15,334 bases of DNA from Acidobacteriota bacterium (GCA_040005235.1 JBDTZG010000097.1:1-15334); one strand, 5' to 3'. Numbered from the stretch's first letter, positions 1 through 9,145 are shown. Translations and numbers: made by a program. The notes: generated by a model from the letters alone, not told the origin.

Positions 1-294
1 GTGCTCGGGGACCACTCCGGTCAGGTCGGCGTCGAAAAAGACCAGCACTTCGGCACTCGATGCCGTCAGTCCGGCAGCGAGTGCACGGCCTTTGTGTCCC
101 GGTGCGTCGGACGCCAGAACGGGAACGACCTCCGCTCCCGCCCTCCGGGCCACCGCCGCCGTCTCGTCGGTCGAGCCGTCGTCCACCACGAACACCGTCC
201 CCACACCTTCCGCCCCGAGCGCCGCCCGCACCACCCCGGCGACCGTCGAAGCCTCGTTGCGAGCTGGGATGACGACATCGAACAGGGCGGCCAC
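1..294 (-). CDS. Glycosyltransferase family 2 protein, N-terminal part (runs off the window start)
   Basis: Not in the ORF track. Manual minus-strand translation from GTG 294 gives MAALFDVVIPARNEASTVAGVVRAALGAEGVGTVFVVDDGSTDETAAVARRAGAEVV...HKGRALAAGLTASSAEVLVFLDADLTGVVPEH. This has the GT-A motifs VIPxxNE, VDDGSTD and DAD. An alternative in-frame ATG lies at 339. Confidence 0.9.
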   Translation of the reverse strand, partial: MAALFDVVIPARNEASTVAGVVRAALGAEGVGTVFVVDDGSTDETAAVARRAGAEVVPVLASDAPGHKGRALAAGLTASSAEVLVFFDADLTGVVPEH

Positions 295-442
295 GGCCGC
301 GTATGGTACCCGGAAGAGGCGTCGGCGCGTCACATCCATGTCACCGGAAGCAACCGGCCTGCCAAGGGTTGCCGCAACGAGTCGATCCGTCGTCCGGAGA
401 GGAGAGAGCGTCTGGCAAATCGGTCCGTTCGGCCTCCGAAGG

Positions 443-715
443 ATCGATCTGGGCTGTCTAGCGTTTGATCCGGTCTGCTCCGCTTCTAATCTTGACGGCC
501 CAGTTATTGATTTGGGTGCTCCCGCTTCTGATCTGGGCAATGCCGCTACTGATCTCGATCATCGCGCTATTGATCTGGATCGCTCAGATCAATAGCGGAG
601 GAGCCCATCTTTTAATCTGACTGACTCCGACATAGGTCTGGATGATCCAGGCATTGATCTGGAGGGACCATCCAATGTACTGTGCCGCCCAAACTTTGAT
701 CTGGAAGGTCCAGAG
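443..715. repeat. Degenerate 21-bp tandem array, 13 in-phase units, core WYTGATCTGG
   Basis: Units start at 443, 464, 485, 506, 527, 548, 569, 590, 611, 632, 653, 674 and 695. Examples: TCTGATCTGGGCAATGCCGCT, ACTGATCTCGATCATCGCGCT, ATTGATCTGGATCGCTCAGAT, ATTGATCTGGAGGGACCATCC, TTTGATCTGGAAGGTCCAGAG. Units 590 and 674 match poorly. Confidence 0.8.
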
Positions 716-820
716 CAATCTTTGCGGCGACGAATCGAAGCCGGCGACGGCCGATTGGAGTCATTCGGCGATCGAAACGGCTCCGCGGTCGCTTCATTCA
801 ACTCCCGAAGGAGAGCGACC

Positions 821-1207
821 ATGGCCGCGACCGGAAAAACCCTCGCTGAACGCCTCGTTCGGTTCGACACGCTGGTCAACAACCTCGGCCGCTCGATCGG
901 CGACTGGCCACACCTGACCGAAGAGGTAGAAGAGCTGGCAGCCATGCTCGCCGAGGCGCGAGCCTTGTCCGCCCGGCAGGACGCCTTACGGGCAGAGGCG
1001 CAAGAAAACACCGCCAACTTAAACCGCCTCGCCGATCGCGCCGACAAGCTCCGCAACCAGATCGGCGCCGGAATCCGCAGCAAGCTCGGCTTCACCAGCG
1101 AGCTGCTGATCCAATTCGGCTTCCGCCCCCGTCCCACAGGCGGCCGGCGCTCGAAGAAGAGGGAGGGGGTCGCGCGCAGCGGAGGTACCGAGGCGGGTGA
1201 GCGCTAG
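821..1207 (+). CDS. Hypothetical alpha-helical protein (128 aa) with basic C-terminal tail
   Basis: RBS GAAGGAG precedes ATG 821. The sequence is amphipathic and coiled-coil-like (EELAAMLAEARALSARQDALRAEAQENTANLNRLADRADKLRNQI), followed by KLGFTSELLIQFGFRPRPTGGRRSKKR. Confidence 0.8.
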   Translation: MAATGKTLAERLVRFDTLVNNLGRSIGDWPHLTEEVEELAAMLAEARALSARQDALRAEAQENTANLNRLADRADKLRNQIGAGIRSKLGFTSELLIQFGFRPRPTGGRRSKKREGVARSGGTEAGER

Positions 1208-1944
1208 GCCGTCTCGGGGACGCCGCCGGCCGTCGCGGCAACGGTTTCGCCAGGCCGGGAATCGATCCCGCCGATCGATGGAACCCGCTTGCGGACAGAC
1301 ACGCGATACAGCCAGAAAAACATCGCCCCAGCAACCAGGACATGCGGCACATAAGGCAGGTTGGTGGCGCGCAACCACTCGGGGACAAGTCTCGTCGCCT
1401 GGCCGGGGTAGAAGGACATCAGGGCGAACAACAGCGCCATGCACATGCGCAACAGGTGTCGAGCGATACGTTTCGGGCCGAAAACCCCGCCCCGCAGGAC
1501 CATCCGGATGTCCGAAGCGGCGAACAGCAGGACGATCGAGCCGAAGACGAAGTAGAAGCCGGCGCCATAACCATCTTTCGAGCCGGTCGGACTACCCGCC
1601 GCCGCGAAGCCCCAGGTCGCGCCGGCCACCGTGATCGCCAGGGCGAACAGCAGCGCCATCCGATCGAACAGGCCCGGTTTACCTTCTCGGCGCCTGGCGG
1701 CCACCCAAGCCGTGGCGACCAGATAGAACGTCAGGGTGCTGCCCATGACGTTGCCATGGTTCGGGTGGATGAAGGCCGCGAGGATGCCACCCGCTCCGGA
1801 CGCGGCGAGCATCGAGACGAAGAACACGTTTCCCGCCGCGCCATGAAAGCCCGAGCCCTTGCGCAGCACCATGGCCAGGAAGCCCGACACCAATCCCACG
1901 GTGGCCGAGCAGACATGCAGCGTCAACAAAAAGGTCGTCAGCAT
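1204..1944 (-). CDS. Integral membrane protein (DUF2306-like)
   Basis: About six hydrophobic segments. Motifs LHV..G..GL.SG...M..RKGS..H...G..F and RH..RM are typical of DUF2306-like proteins. RBS GGAGGA upstream. Last gene of the GntR-ABC operon. Confidence 0.75.
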   Translation of the reverse strand: MLTTFLLTLHVCSATVGLVSGFLAMVLRKGSGFHGAAGNVFFVSMLAASGAGGILAAFIHPNHGNVMGSTLTFYLVATAWVAARRREGKPGLFDRMALLFALAITVAGATWGFAAAGSPTGSKDGYGAGFYFVFGSIVLLFAASDIRMVLRGGVFGPKRIARHLLRMCMALLFALMSFYPGQATRLVPEWLRATNLPYVPHVLVAGAMFFWLYRVSVRKRVPSIGGIDSRPGETVAATAGGVPETA

Positions 1945-1974
1945 GGGTCAATCCTCCGTATCCCGCATGGCGCT

Positions 1975-2910
1975 TTAGATCGGTTCGCGGTTCCGGCGCA
2001 GCCGCACCGCTGCCGCGAGGAATAGCGCGGCGAGTGCCAGCCCGAGCCACAGACCGGGTGCGGTGAGGAATCTCACCGGAGTGAGTTGCGACAGCCCATC
2101 GAGAGTTCCCGAGCCACCACGCTGCGGCGAGACTGCGAAAGCCTCCGCCATGGCGCCGGTCACTCGGTACTTCAAGAGGGCGCCGAAATACGAGGTTTGA
2201 AACGCGAGCTTTTCGACCAGCGGGATCGCCAGAGGCAACGCGGCCCACAGCACCGGCGTCCGGCGCGCCCAGGCCGAGACCCACAGAAGCCAGGCGTAAA
2301 TCGGCGCAAACCAGAGCGAGTGCACGGTCAAGCCATAGAGCATGATCAGCGGCTCCTGAACGAACCGCACCTCGGTCCACAGCAGGGCCGGGCCGACGCC
2401 GCTGACCCAAAGAACGGCGGTGCTTAAGGCCAGCAGGACGAAGAACGTGGCGACGCTCAGCGCAAAGGCGATCAGCGGCAGCAACCCGAGCGGAATGGCC
2501 GCTTTGGAAAGCACGGTCGTGCGATCCGAAACCGGCAGCGACTTCCAGAACAGGATGCTCCGATCGCGGCGCTCGCCGTACAACGCGTCGAGCGAGTAGA
2601 ACAGCCCGACAAGGAACGTCGCGAGCATGACCGGAGCGGGAGCCAAGCTGAAAGGACGGACCACGACAGCATGCGCCGCCGCCGGGTCTGCCGGGAGGGC
2701 TCGCATTTTCCCCGGCAGGCGGAACATGCCGAGCAAAGTGGCGAACAGAACGAGTGCGGTGACGATCAGCGGCGCGATGTAGAGGGAACGGTTCTCCCAC
2801 AATTCTCGGCGAACCGACCAATAGAAAGGACGGGTCGCCACCGGGCTCGCGGTCGCTTGGGGCTGAGGGTCGAGAGGAGAGGCGGGAGACTCGGTGGTCG
2901 AGGGATTCAT
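1975..2910 (-). CDS. ABC-2 type transporter permease
   Basis: RRELWE near the N-terminus, the ERRDRSILFWKSLPVS....VLSK motif and several TM segments. Overlaps the ATPase stop by 4 bp (ATGA). Confidence 0.9.
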   Translation of the reverse strand: MNPSTTESPASPLDPQPQATASPVATRPFYWSVRRELWENRSLYIAPLIVTALVLFATLLGMFRLPGKMRALPADPAAAHAVVVRPFSLAPAPVMLATFLVGLFYSLDALYGERRDRSILFWKSLPVSDRTTVLSKAAIPLGLLPLIAFALSVATFFVLLALSTAVLWVSGVGPALLWTEVRFVQEPLIMLYGLTVHSLWFAPIYAWLLWVSAWARRTPVLWAALPLAIPLVEKLAFQTSYFGALLKYRVTGAMAEAFAVSPQRGGSGTLDGLSQLTPVRFLTAPGLWLGLALAALFLAAAVRLRRNREPI

Positions 2911-3782
2911 GCGGGGGCTCCCTGGGTTTCTCCGGCCTCTCGGCCCATCACGGCGACGAACAGCTCGGCGATGCTTGGGCTTCGCACGTCGCCCAGCGCG
3001 GCGAGCTGCCGGCGGTCGGCGCCGTCGAACAGCAGAATGCTGCGACCGAAAACCTGGCGCTCGTGAATCGGTCCGAGCGCCCGCGCCGCGGCGAGGTTTT
3101 CGGGATTCACCATGGATTCCAGATAGCGCGACTCGAACGCCTCCATGCTGCTTTCGAGGACGATGCGGCCGCGGTGGACGAACACGAAATCGGTCAGCAC
3201 GTCCTGGATCTCGTCGATCTGATGGGTGGTGACGACGATGGTGCGACTCTGATCGAAATAGTCATTCAGCAGCGAGTCGTAGAACTGCTTGCGCACGAGG
3301 ATGTCTAACCCAAGCGTCGGCTCGTCCAGCACCATCAATTTCGCGTCGATCGCCATCACCAGCGCGAGGTGGAGCTGGGTCACCATGCCTTTCGACAATT
3401 CCCGGACCTTGCTCGAGCGCTTGATATCCGTCTTCGCCAGAAACCCCTCCGCCTTCGCCCGATCGAATCGCGGGTGAACGCCCGCCACATAGTCGAGCGC
3501 CTGGGAGACCCGAATCCAGCGCGGCAGGACGGCGACGTCGGCGATGAAGGAAACCTCGGCAGCCAGCCGATCGCGCTCGGTCCAGGGGTCGCGGCCGAGC
3601 ACCTTCAGCTCTCCTTGATAAGGGGTCAGGCCGAGAATCGCGTTCAACGCGGTGCTCTTTCCCGCGCCGTTGGGGCCGACGATTCCGAGAATGCGCCCTT
3701 CTTCCACGCGCAGGTCCACCCCGTCCAGGGCGACGGTCGAGCCATAGGTTTTGCGGAGGCCGCGAGCTTCGATACAGGCCAT
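2907..3782 (-). CDS. ABC transporter ATP-binding protein (YtrB-like)
   Basis: Walker A GPNGAGKS, signature LSKGM, Walker B LMVLDEP, H-loop TTH. Start placed at ATG 3782 (MACIEARGL), just after the GntR stop, with GAGGAGG upstream. Confidence 0.95.
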   Translation of the reverse strand: MACIEARGLRKTYGSTVALDGVDLRVEEGRILGIVGPNGAGKSTALNAILGLTPYQGELKVLGRDPWTERDRLAAEVSFIADVAVLPRWIRVSQALDYVAGVHPRFDRAKAEGFLAKTDIKRSSKVRELSKGMVTQLHLALVMAIDAKLMVLDEPTLGLDILVRKQFYDSLLNDYFDQSRTIVVTTHQIDEIQDVLTDFVFVHRGRIVLESSMEAFESRYLESMVNPENLAAARALGPIHERQVFGRSILLFDGADRRQLAALGDVRSPSIAELFVAVMGREAGETQGAPA

Positions 3783-3784
3783 GG

Positions 3785-4156
3785 TTAAGAGCCCTCCTCC
3801 TCGGTCGCAGCAGCCTTCAAGAGATCTTCCGGCAACAAGCCGAGCCGCCGAATGGTGGCGGCGATCCGAGGCCACTCCTCGGCCAGAAACTTCTGGCGCT
3901 CACCCTTGAGCAGACGCTTTCTCGCACCGGCGTTGATGAACATTCCGCGACCTCTCTTGCTCTCGACCAGCTCTTCGTCCACCAGCTGCTGATAGCTCTT
4001 CAAAACCGTCAGCGGATTGACCCGATATTCAGCCGCCACATTGCGCACCGAGGGCAACGGATCGCCCTCCTTGAGCACGCCGTCGAGGATCATCGCGACC
4101 ACCCGATCCCGGATCTGGCGGTAAATCGGCTGGCTGTCATTCCACTCTCGGTCCAT
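3785..4156 (-). CDS. GntR family transcriptional regulator, YtrA subfamily
   Basis: PIYRQI...G.LKEGDPLPSVR..A....VNP.TV...Y..L..E.LV...RG.G winged HTH with a short C-terminal domain, heading an ABC operon as YtrA-type regulators do. Confidence 0.95.
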   Translation of the reverse strand: MDREWNDSQPIYRQIRDRVVAMILDGVLKEGDPLPSVRNVAAEYRVNPLTVLKSYQQLVDEELVESKRGRGMFINAGARKRLLKGERQKFLAEEWPRIAATIRRLGLLPEDLLKAAATEEEGS

Positions 4157-4218
4157 AGGTCTATTCGACTCGATACGCCCTCGACTTCGACGCCAGAGCG
4201 GGTAGCTCAGGCCGATGT

Positions 4219-4242
4219 GGTGTTATACCTAACCATAACACC
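4219..4242. promoter_or_regulatory. Inverted repeat, probable operator of the YtrA-like GntR
   Basis: GGTGTTAT-ACCTAACC-ATAACACC: perfect 8-bp arms with an 8-bp spacer, about 60 bp upstream of the GntR start. Overlaps -10-like hexamers (TATGGT, TATAAC) on the minus strand. Confidence 0.75.
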
Positions 4243-4351
4243 TAGGGTGAATGCAAGGGGTCTCGTAAAATGCGCCCCTGATGCACACAGCGCCGTCCGA
4301 AGCGGAAGGGGTCAAAAGGGGATCGGCGCGACGCGCGCCTAACTCCGGCGA

Positions 4352-4920
4352 TCACTCGTACCGCAAAGCCACCACTGGCTCCACCCGGGTCGCCCGCCGG
4401 GCGGGCACCCAGGTGGCGATTACCGCGACGGCGAGCAGTACGAGCGGCGCACCGACGAAGGTGAGGGGGTCTCGGGCCTTGACTCCGAACATCAGGCTTT
4501 CGAGTGCTCGGACGACGAAGAAGGAGCCGAACAGGCCGGCGGCGATTCCGGCGAGGACGGTCCCCAGCCCTTCGCGGAGGATTTGGCGGTGGACTTGGCC
4601 GGCTCCCGCTCCGAGCGCCATGCGGAGGCCGATCGCCGTGAGCTGGGAAAACAATTTGTTCTGCGCCCGCTAATCGGCGAAATCGGGTGGAGCGCTGGGA
4701 AAACGCGGGAGGTTCGCCTGCGGGTTCGTGTCGATCAACCGGACAATCCGCTCCGGCTCCGGATAGGGCAACGGAGAGAGCAACACGCCATGGACGACCG
4801 AAAAGATCGCCGTATTCGCCCGATGCCGAGGGCGAGAGCGGCCACTGCGGTCCCGGTCAAGCCGGGGTTCTTCCACAGGCTCCGCCAGGCGAAGCGCAGA
4901 TCGGTCGCGAAGTCTCTCAT
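4352..4920 (-). pseudogene. ADOP-family ABC permease pseudogene with internal deletion
   Basis: The N-terminus MRDFATDLRFAWRSLWKNP and C-terminus RRATRVEPVVALRYE closely match 6227..8647. Lesions: 1-bp deletion near 4820, TGG>TAG at 4670-4672, and an in-frame fusion at 4633/4634 (..NKLFSQLTA|IGLRMALGA..). Confidence 0.92.
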
Positions 4921-4932
4921 CGCGAAGTTCTC

Positions 4933-6168
4933 CTACGTCTCTTCCTTCAGGGTCCGGCATCGGTCGGCCAGGTCACGGACGATGTCCGTAGAAAGACCCA
5001 CGTACACCGGCGTGGCTCGGTTCCGGAAGGTGTTGAAAGCCAAACCGAGGTCGCCGTCGATGGCCATTGCGAACAGCTCGCGGGGCGGAATTACCACGAT
5101 TTTGGCCGACGTGTTGCCGGTGTCCGCCGCGGCCCACCTGAGGCAGTGCAGGTCGGCGAAGATCGGCAGCGCCCGGCGCAACGGGCCGAACGCGCGCAGT
5201 TGGCTCTGCGAGGTTTCTCGATCGATCATGTAGAGGAAAGGAAACTCTCGGTGGGCCAGCTCCTCATAGAGCTTCGGAAGCGTCCCTTCGCCTTGGGTGC
5301 TCTCGATCTCAAGAAGCAGACGGCCAAAACGCGGCGCCCGCAGGAGCGGCTGCACGGAGCCGACAAACTCGGCGGTCCGCTTCATCAGTTGTTCTCGCTC
5401 TTGCTCGCCGAGAACCCGGAGCCGCTCTTGATCGCCCTCGGCCTCCGCCTGATCTTTCTCTTGGTTCACCTTCAGTGCGAACGTATCGGCAGGGTCCCCT
5501 TCCAGCGGGAACGGCGCTCCGGCCATCAAGGTGAGAATCGGCCCTTCGGGGCGGTGTACTTCGAAAAGGAGGGCGCTCGGCACATCCTGCGGCTGCCGCA
5601 CTTCGAGGTCGAGACCGCGGAGCAACCGCGCGAAAGCAAGCGTGGCGGGCGTCGGGGCGTCCACCAGATAGACCGCCTGCGAGATCGGCGGCGCCTTAAA
5701 GGCGCTGATCTCGTAAAGGCGCCGGAGGAAAGTCTGCAGCCGCTGCGGCGATGCGAGAATCGAGCTCACACTCCCCTGATGAAAGATCCAGTGGATCGGA
5801 GATTGGAAAGGCAGAACCGGAGGATTGGCCGGCGCAAACAGCTCGTCAATCCGGACTTCCCGGTTGAAGTTGACCAGATGCGCCGGCTCCCTCGGCTCGC
5901 GCAGAGCGATTTCGACCTCAAGGAAGAGATCCTCCAGCTCACGATCCGAATCGTCACCTGCAACGCCGAGGTTGGCGATCAGCACCTGTCCCGAAGTGCG
6001 GACCAGGCCGGGTTCCAAGGAGGGCGGATAACCCAGGACTTTGTGTCCCTCCGGCGCGGAACCGCAGTTGAAACTTCCCGGCGGGGCCTCCGCGGTGACG
6101 GACGGAGCTTCGTCGCGGGCCGGCGGAGGTGCCGAAAAATTCTTACGAAAACGATCGAAGAAGCTCAT
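4933..6168 (-). CDS. Hypothetical protein (411 aa), possible SseB-like C-terminal domain
   Basis: Long ORF with normal composition, starting MSFFDRFRK. The C-terminal ALPIFAD...ELFAMA..GDLGLAFN resembles SseB-type domains (weak recognition). Confidence 0.75.
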   Translation of the reverse strand: MSFFDRFRKNFSAPPPARDEAPSVTAEAPPGSFNCGSAPEGHKVLGYPPSLEPGLVRTSGQVLIANLGVAGDDSDRELEDLFLEVEIALREPREPAHLVNFNREVRIDELFAPANPPVLPFQSPIHWIFHQGSVSSILASPQRLQTFLRRLYEISAFKAPPISQAVYLVDAPTPATLAFARLLRGLDLEVRQPQDVPSALLFEVHRPEGPILTLMAGAPFPLEGDPADTFALKVNQEKDQAEAEGDQERLRVLGEQEREQLMKRTAEFVGSVQPLLRAPRFGRLLLEIESTQGEGTLPKLYEELAHREFPFLYMIDRETSQSQLRAFGPLRRALPIFADLHCLRWAAADTGNTSAKIVVIPPRELFAMAIDGDLGLAFNTFRNRATPVYVGLSTDIVRDLADRCRTLKEET

Positions 6169-6226
6169 TGAATGACTCTAGCGTACCTTCAGACGAGCCT
6201 CGGGTCCGTCGGTCTGTTCCGAGCGT

Positions 6227-8647
6227 TCACTCGTAGCGCAGCGCAACTACCGGCTCGACCCGGGTCGCCCTGCTCGCGGGGAGCCAGGTCGCGACGGCCG
6301 CGACGGCCAAGAGCAGAATCGGAACGCCGAGGAAAGTCAGGGGGTCGTTCACTTTGACTCCGTAGAGCAGGCTTTCGAGGGTGCGGGCGAGAAAGAAGGC
6401 GCCGACTAGGCCGGCGACGATTCCGGCGAGTACCGTTGCCAACCCTTCGCGGACCATCTGGCCTCGCACTTCGCCCGCGTCGGCGCCCAGCGCCATGCGC
6501 AGGCCGATCTCTCGCGTTCGTTGCGAGACCGAGTAGGAGAGGACGCCGTAGATCCCCACCGCGGCGAGCAGCAGCGCGAGGAGCGCGAGCATCGAAAGGA
6601 GGATCGCGTTGGCGCGCGGCTCGGCGACCGAATCGGCGAGCAGTTGGTCGAGCGATTTGGGATTCGCGATCGGCAGTCCCGGATCGGCTTCGTGGACGAC
6701 CCGCGCGACCGCCGCGGTCAAGCCGCCCGGTTCGCTCGACGTCCGGACGATCAAGCTGACCTCGGCGTTCGGCGATTGGTAGAGAGGCAGGTAGGCCTGG
6801 AGGCCCGGATCTTCCTTGAGATCCGCGTGGCGGATGTCGGCGACCACGCCGACCACGCGCAGCCACTGCACGTCCGGCTGGGTCGGGTCGCCAAAAGTGA
6901 GCCGCTGACCCAGCGCGCGCCGGCCCGGCCAGATCTTCGCGGCGAGCGCCCGATTCACCACGACCACCCCTTCGCCGTCGATCGCGTCGCTGTCTGAAAA
7001 GACCCGACCCTCGCGAATCGGGATGCCGAGAGTGGAGAAGTACTCGGGGGAGACAAAACCCATGTTGGCGGCCGGCGAGTCGGACAGGGATTTGGGCGGC
7101 GGCTGGCCCTCGGCCTGGAAGGCGAGCAGATAGCGTCCGCCGGAAAACGGCAGCGGGTAGCCGATCGCCGCGTGGGTAACCCCCGGCAGCGCCGCGAGCT
7201 TGGGCACCAAGGAACGGTAGAAGGCAATCTGTTTCGGCTCTTCTTTGTAGCTCGTTTCCGGCAGTTGGAGCTGAACCGAAAGGGCATGGTCGGAGCGAAA
7301 GCCGGGCGAGACGTCCTGGAGTTGGCGGAGGCTGCGCACCAAGAGGGTCGCAACCACCAGCACCACGATCGCCAGGGCGACCTCGCCGAAGACGAGAGCC
7401 GATCGCGTGCGCCGACCGCGGCGGTCTCCGGCCTGCCCCTTGCCGCCGTCGCGGAGGGTCGATTGGAGGTCCGGATTCGACGAGTGGAGGGCGGGCAAAA
7501 GGCCGAAGAGGAGACCGGTCAAAAGGGACAGACCGAGCGTGAAGGCGAGCACCGTCGCATCGACACCGATCTCTCCCGCGCGCGGAATCTTGGTGCCGTA
7601 GAGAGCGACCAGAAGCGGCGTGCCGCGCCAGGCGAGGGCGACGCCCAAGAGGCCGCCGACGAGGGAGAGCATCGTGCTTTCGGTCAGGAACTGGCGCACC
7701 AGGCGCCCCCGCCCGGCGCCCAGGGCGGAGCGAACGGCGACCTCGCGTTCGCGCGCGGCGAGGCGGGAGAGGAGGAGGTTCGCGATGTTCGCGCAAGCGA
7801 TCAGGAGTACCAGGCCGACGGCACCGAGCAGCAGCAGAAGACGGGGCCGCACATCCTCGACCATCAGATCCTGGGCCTTGATCAGGTTCACCCCCCACCC
7901 TTCGTTGGACTGGGGGTGGGCGCGCGCGATGCGCTGGGTGATGCCGGTCATCTCGGTCTGCGCCCGTTCGAACGAGACCCCCGGCTTCAGCCGACCGAAC
8001 ACCGACAGGTAGTGGCTGCCGCGCTGGGTCTCGTCGATCACGAGCTGAAGCGGCACCCAGATCTCGGTGCGCCCCGGAACGTCGAACGCCGCCGGCATCA
8101 CGCCCACCACCAGGGTCGATTCGCCGTTCAAGATCAACCGCCGGTTGACGATGCCCGGGTCGCCGCCGAACCGGCGCTGCCACAGCCGGTAGGAGAGGAC
8201 CGCGACCTTGGGGCCACCGGGGTGATCCTCGGCGGGCAGAAGCGGGCGGCCGAGCAGCGGCTTGGTCCCGAGCACGGCGAAGAAGTCGCCGCTCACCCGC
8301 GCGCCCTGCAACCGTTCGGGCTCACCGTCGCCGGTCAGGTTCAGGTTGTCGCGGGTCACCGCGGCAAGGTGCGAGAAGACCTTGTTCTCCGCGCGCCAAT
8401 CCGCGAAGTCCGGCGGCGCCGTCGAAAATCGCGGCAGGTTTGCGGAGGGGTTCGTGTCGATCAGACGAATTACCCGTTCCGGCTCGGAGAACGGCAGCGG
8501 CCGAAGCAGAACGCCGTAGACGACGGAAAAGATCGCCGTGTTCGCGCCAATGCCGAGGGCGAGCGCCGCGACCGCGATCGAGGTAAGCGCAGGGTTCTTC
8601 CACAAGCTCCGCCAGGCGAAACGTAGATCGGTCGTGAAGTCTTTCAT
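6227..8647 (-). CDS. ADOP-family (Acidobacterial duplicated orphan permease) ABC permease, 2x MacB_PCD + FtsX
   Basis: 806 aa. Hallmark motifs: DLRFAWRSL.KNP, LALGIGANTAIFSVV, LLIACANIANLLL, RxREVAVRxALGAGRGRL, EVALA, QRTREIGLRMALGA, PASRATRVEP..ALR.E. Confidence 0.95.
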   Translation of the reverse strand: MKDFTTDLRFAWRSLWKNPALTSIAVAALALGIGANTAIFSVVYGVLLRPLPFSEPERVIRLIDTNPSANLPRFSTAPPDFADWRAENKVFSHLAAVTRDNLNLTGDGEPERLQGARVSGDFFAVLGTKPLLGRPLLPAEDHPGGPKVAVLSYRLWQRRFGGDPGIVNRRLILNGESTLVVGVMPAAFDVPGRTEIWVPLQLVIDETQRGSHYLSVFGRLKPGVSFERAQTEMTGITQRIARAHPQSNEGWGVNLIKAQDLMVEDVRPRLLLLLGAVGLVLLIACANIANLLLSRLAAREREVAVRSALGAGRGRLVRQFLTESTMLSLVGGLLGVALAWRGTPLLVALYGTKIPRAGEIGVDATVLAFTLGLSLLTGLLFGLLPALHSSNPDLQSTLRDGGKGQAGDRRGRRTRSALVFGEVALAIVVLVVATLLVRSLRQLQDVSPGFRSDHALSVQLQLPETSYKEEPKQIAFYRSLVPKLAALPGVTHAAIGYPLPFSGGRYLLAFQAEGQPPPKSLSDSPAANMGFVSPEYFSTLGIPIREGRVFSDSDAIDGEGVVVVNRALAAKIWPGRRALGQRLTFGDPTQPDVQWLRVVGVVADIRHADLKEDPGLQAYLPLYQSPNAEVSLIVRTSSEPGGLTAAVARVVHEADPGLPIANPKSLDQLLADSVAEPRANAILLSMLALLALLLAAVGIYGVLSYSVSQRTREIGLRMALGADAGEVRGQMVREGLATVLAGIVAGLVGAFFLARTLESLLYGVKVNDPLTFLGVPILLLAVAAVATWLPASRATRVEPVVALRYE

Positions 8648-8743
8648 CGCGAATGCTCCTAGAAGGCCCCTCTCCGCCAGGCACCAGAATACATAACGGG
8701 AAAGAGAGTTTGGAGTTTCCGCGTCCGAGCGGTCGGTCGAGGG

Positions 8744-9145
8744 TCAGGCGTCTCTCTGCTTGAACTGGACGACGTTGCCCTCCGGGTCCCAGCTGTCCAG
8801 CACCGTCGCGCCGCGGATGCTCCATGCCCCTTCGGCGGGCTTGAGAAAGCCGCCCGTCGCTTGGGCGGCGGCGCGCACCGCTTCCAGGTCTTGGACGTAG
8901 AAGGTTGGCTTGAGCGGCATGTCCTTCCGTGCCACCGGCGGCTTCGCGATCTGGATCTCCGCCGCGATCTTGTTGGGGATGGCGTGGATCACGATTTCGA
9001 CCCCGTCGCCGTGAAGGAGGTCGTGCGACGGCTGCTCTTCGATCACCCGGAGGCCGAGAGTCTGCCGGTAGAACGCGGAGACGCGCTTCTTGTTTTTCGC
9101 GAAGACGACCAGGCCTTGGCTGAAGGGACTTCGCTTCTCGGACAT
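8744..9145 (-). CDS. VOC (glyoxalase/bleomycin resistance) family protein
   Basis: AFYRQTLGL, F.V.DL and DPEGNVVQF motifs. Start at ATG 9145 with purine-rich CAGGAGCAGGAAG upstream. Confidence 0.85.
   Translation of the reverse strand: MSEKRSPFSQGLVVFAKNKKRVSAFYRQTLGLRVIEEQPSHDLLHGDGVEIVIHAIPNKIAAEIQIAKPPVARKDMPLKPTFYVQDLEAVRAAAQATGGFLKPAEGAWSIRGATVLDSWDPEGNVVQFKQRDA

Noticed and set aside
443-715. Replication origin suggested by the GATC cluster
   Set aside because: No TTATCCACA-like DnaA boxes, no strongly AT-rich unwinding element, and no dnaA or rep gene nearby.
1204-1207. Convergent genes sharing CTAG as both stop codons
   Set aside because: Real, but a common compact overlap with no further evidence of function.
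4687-8626. Long alternative ORFs (4687..6171 +, 6189..8183 -, 7172..8626 +; likewise 1..468 +, 1679..2821 -, 13681..15099 -)
   Set aside because: These are antisense or shifted-frame shadows of real genes in GC-rich DNA, with Arg/Gly/Pro-biased, motif-free translations.
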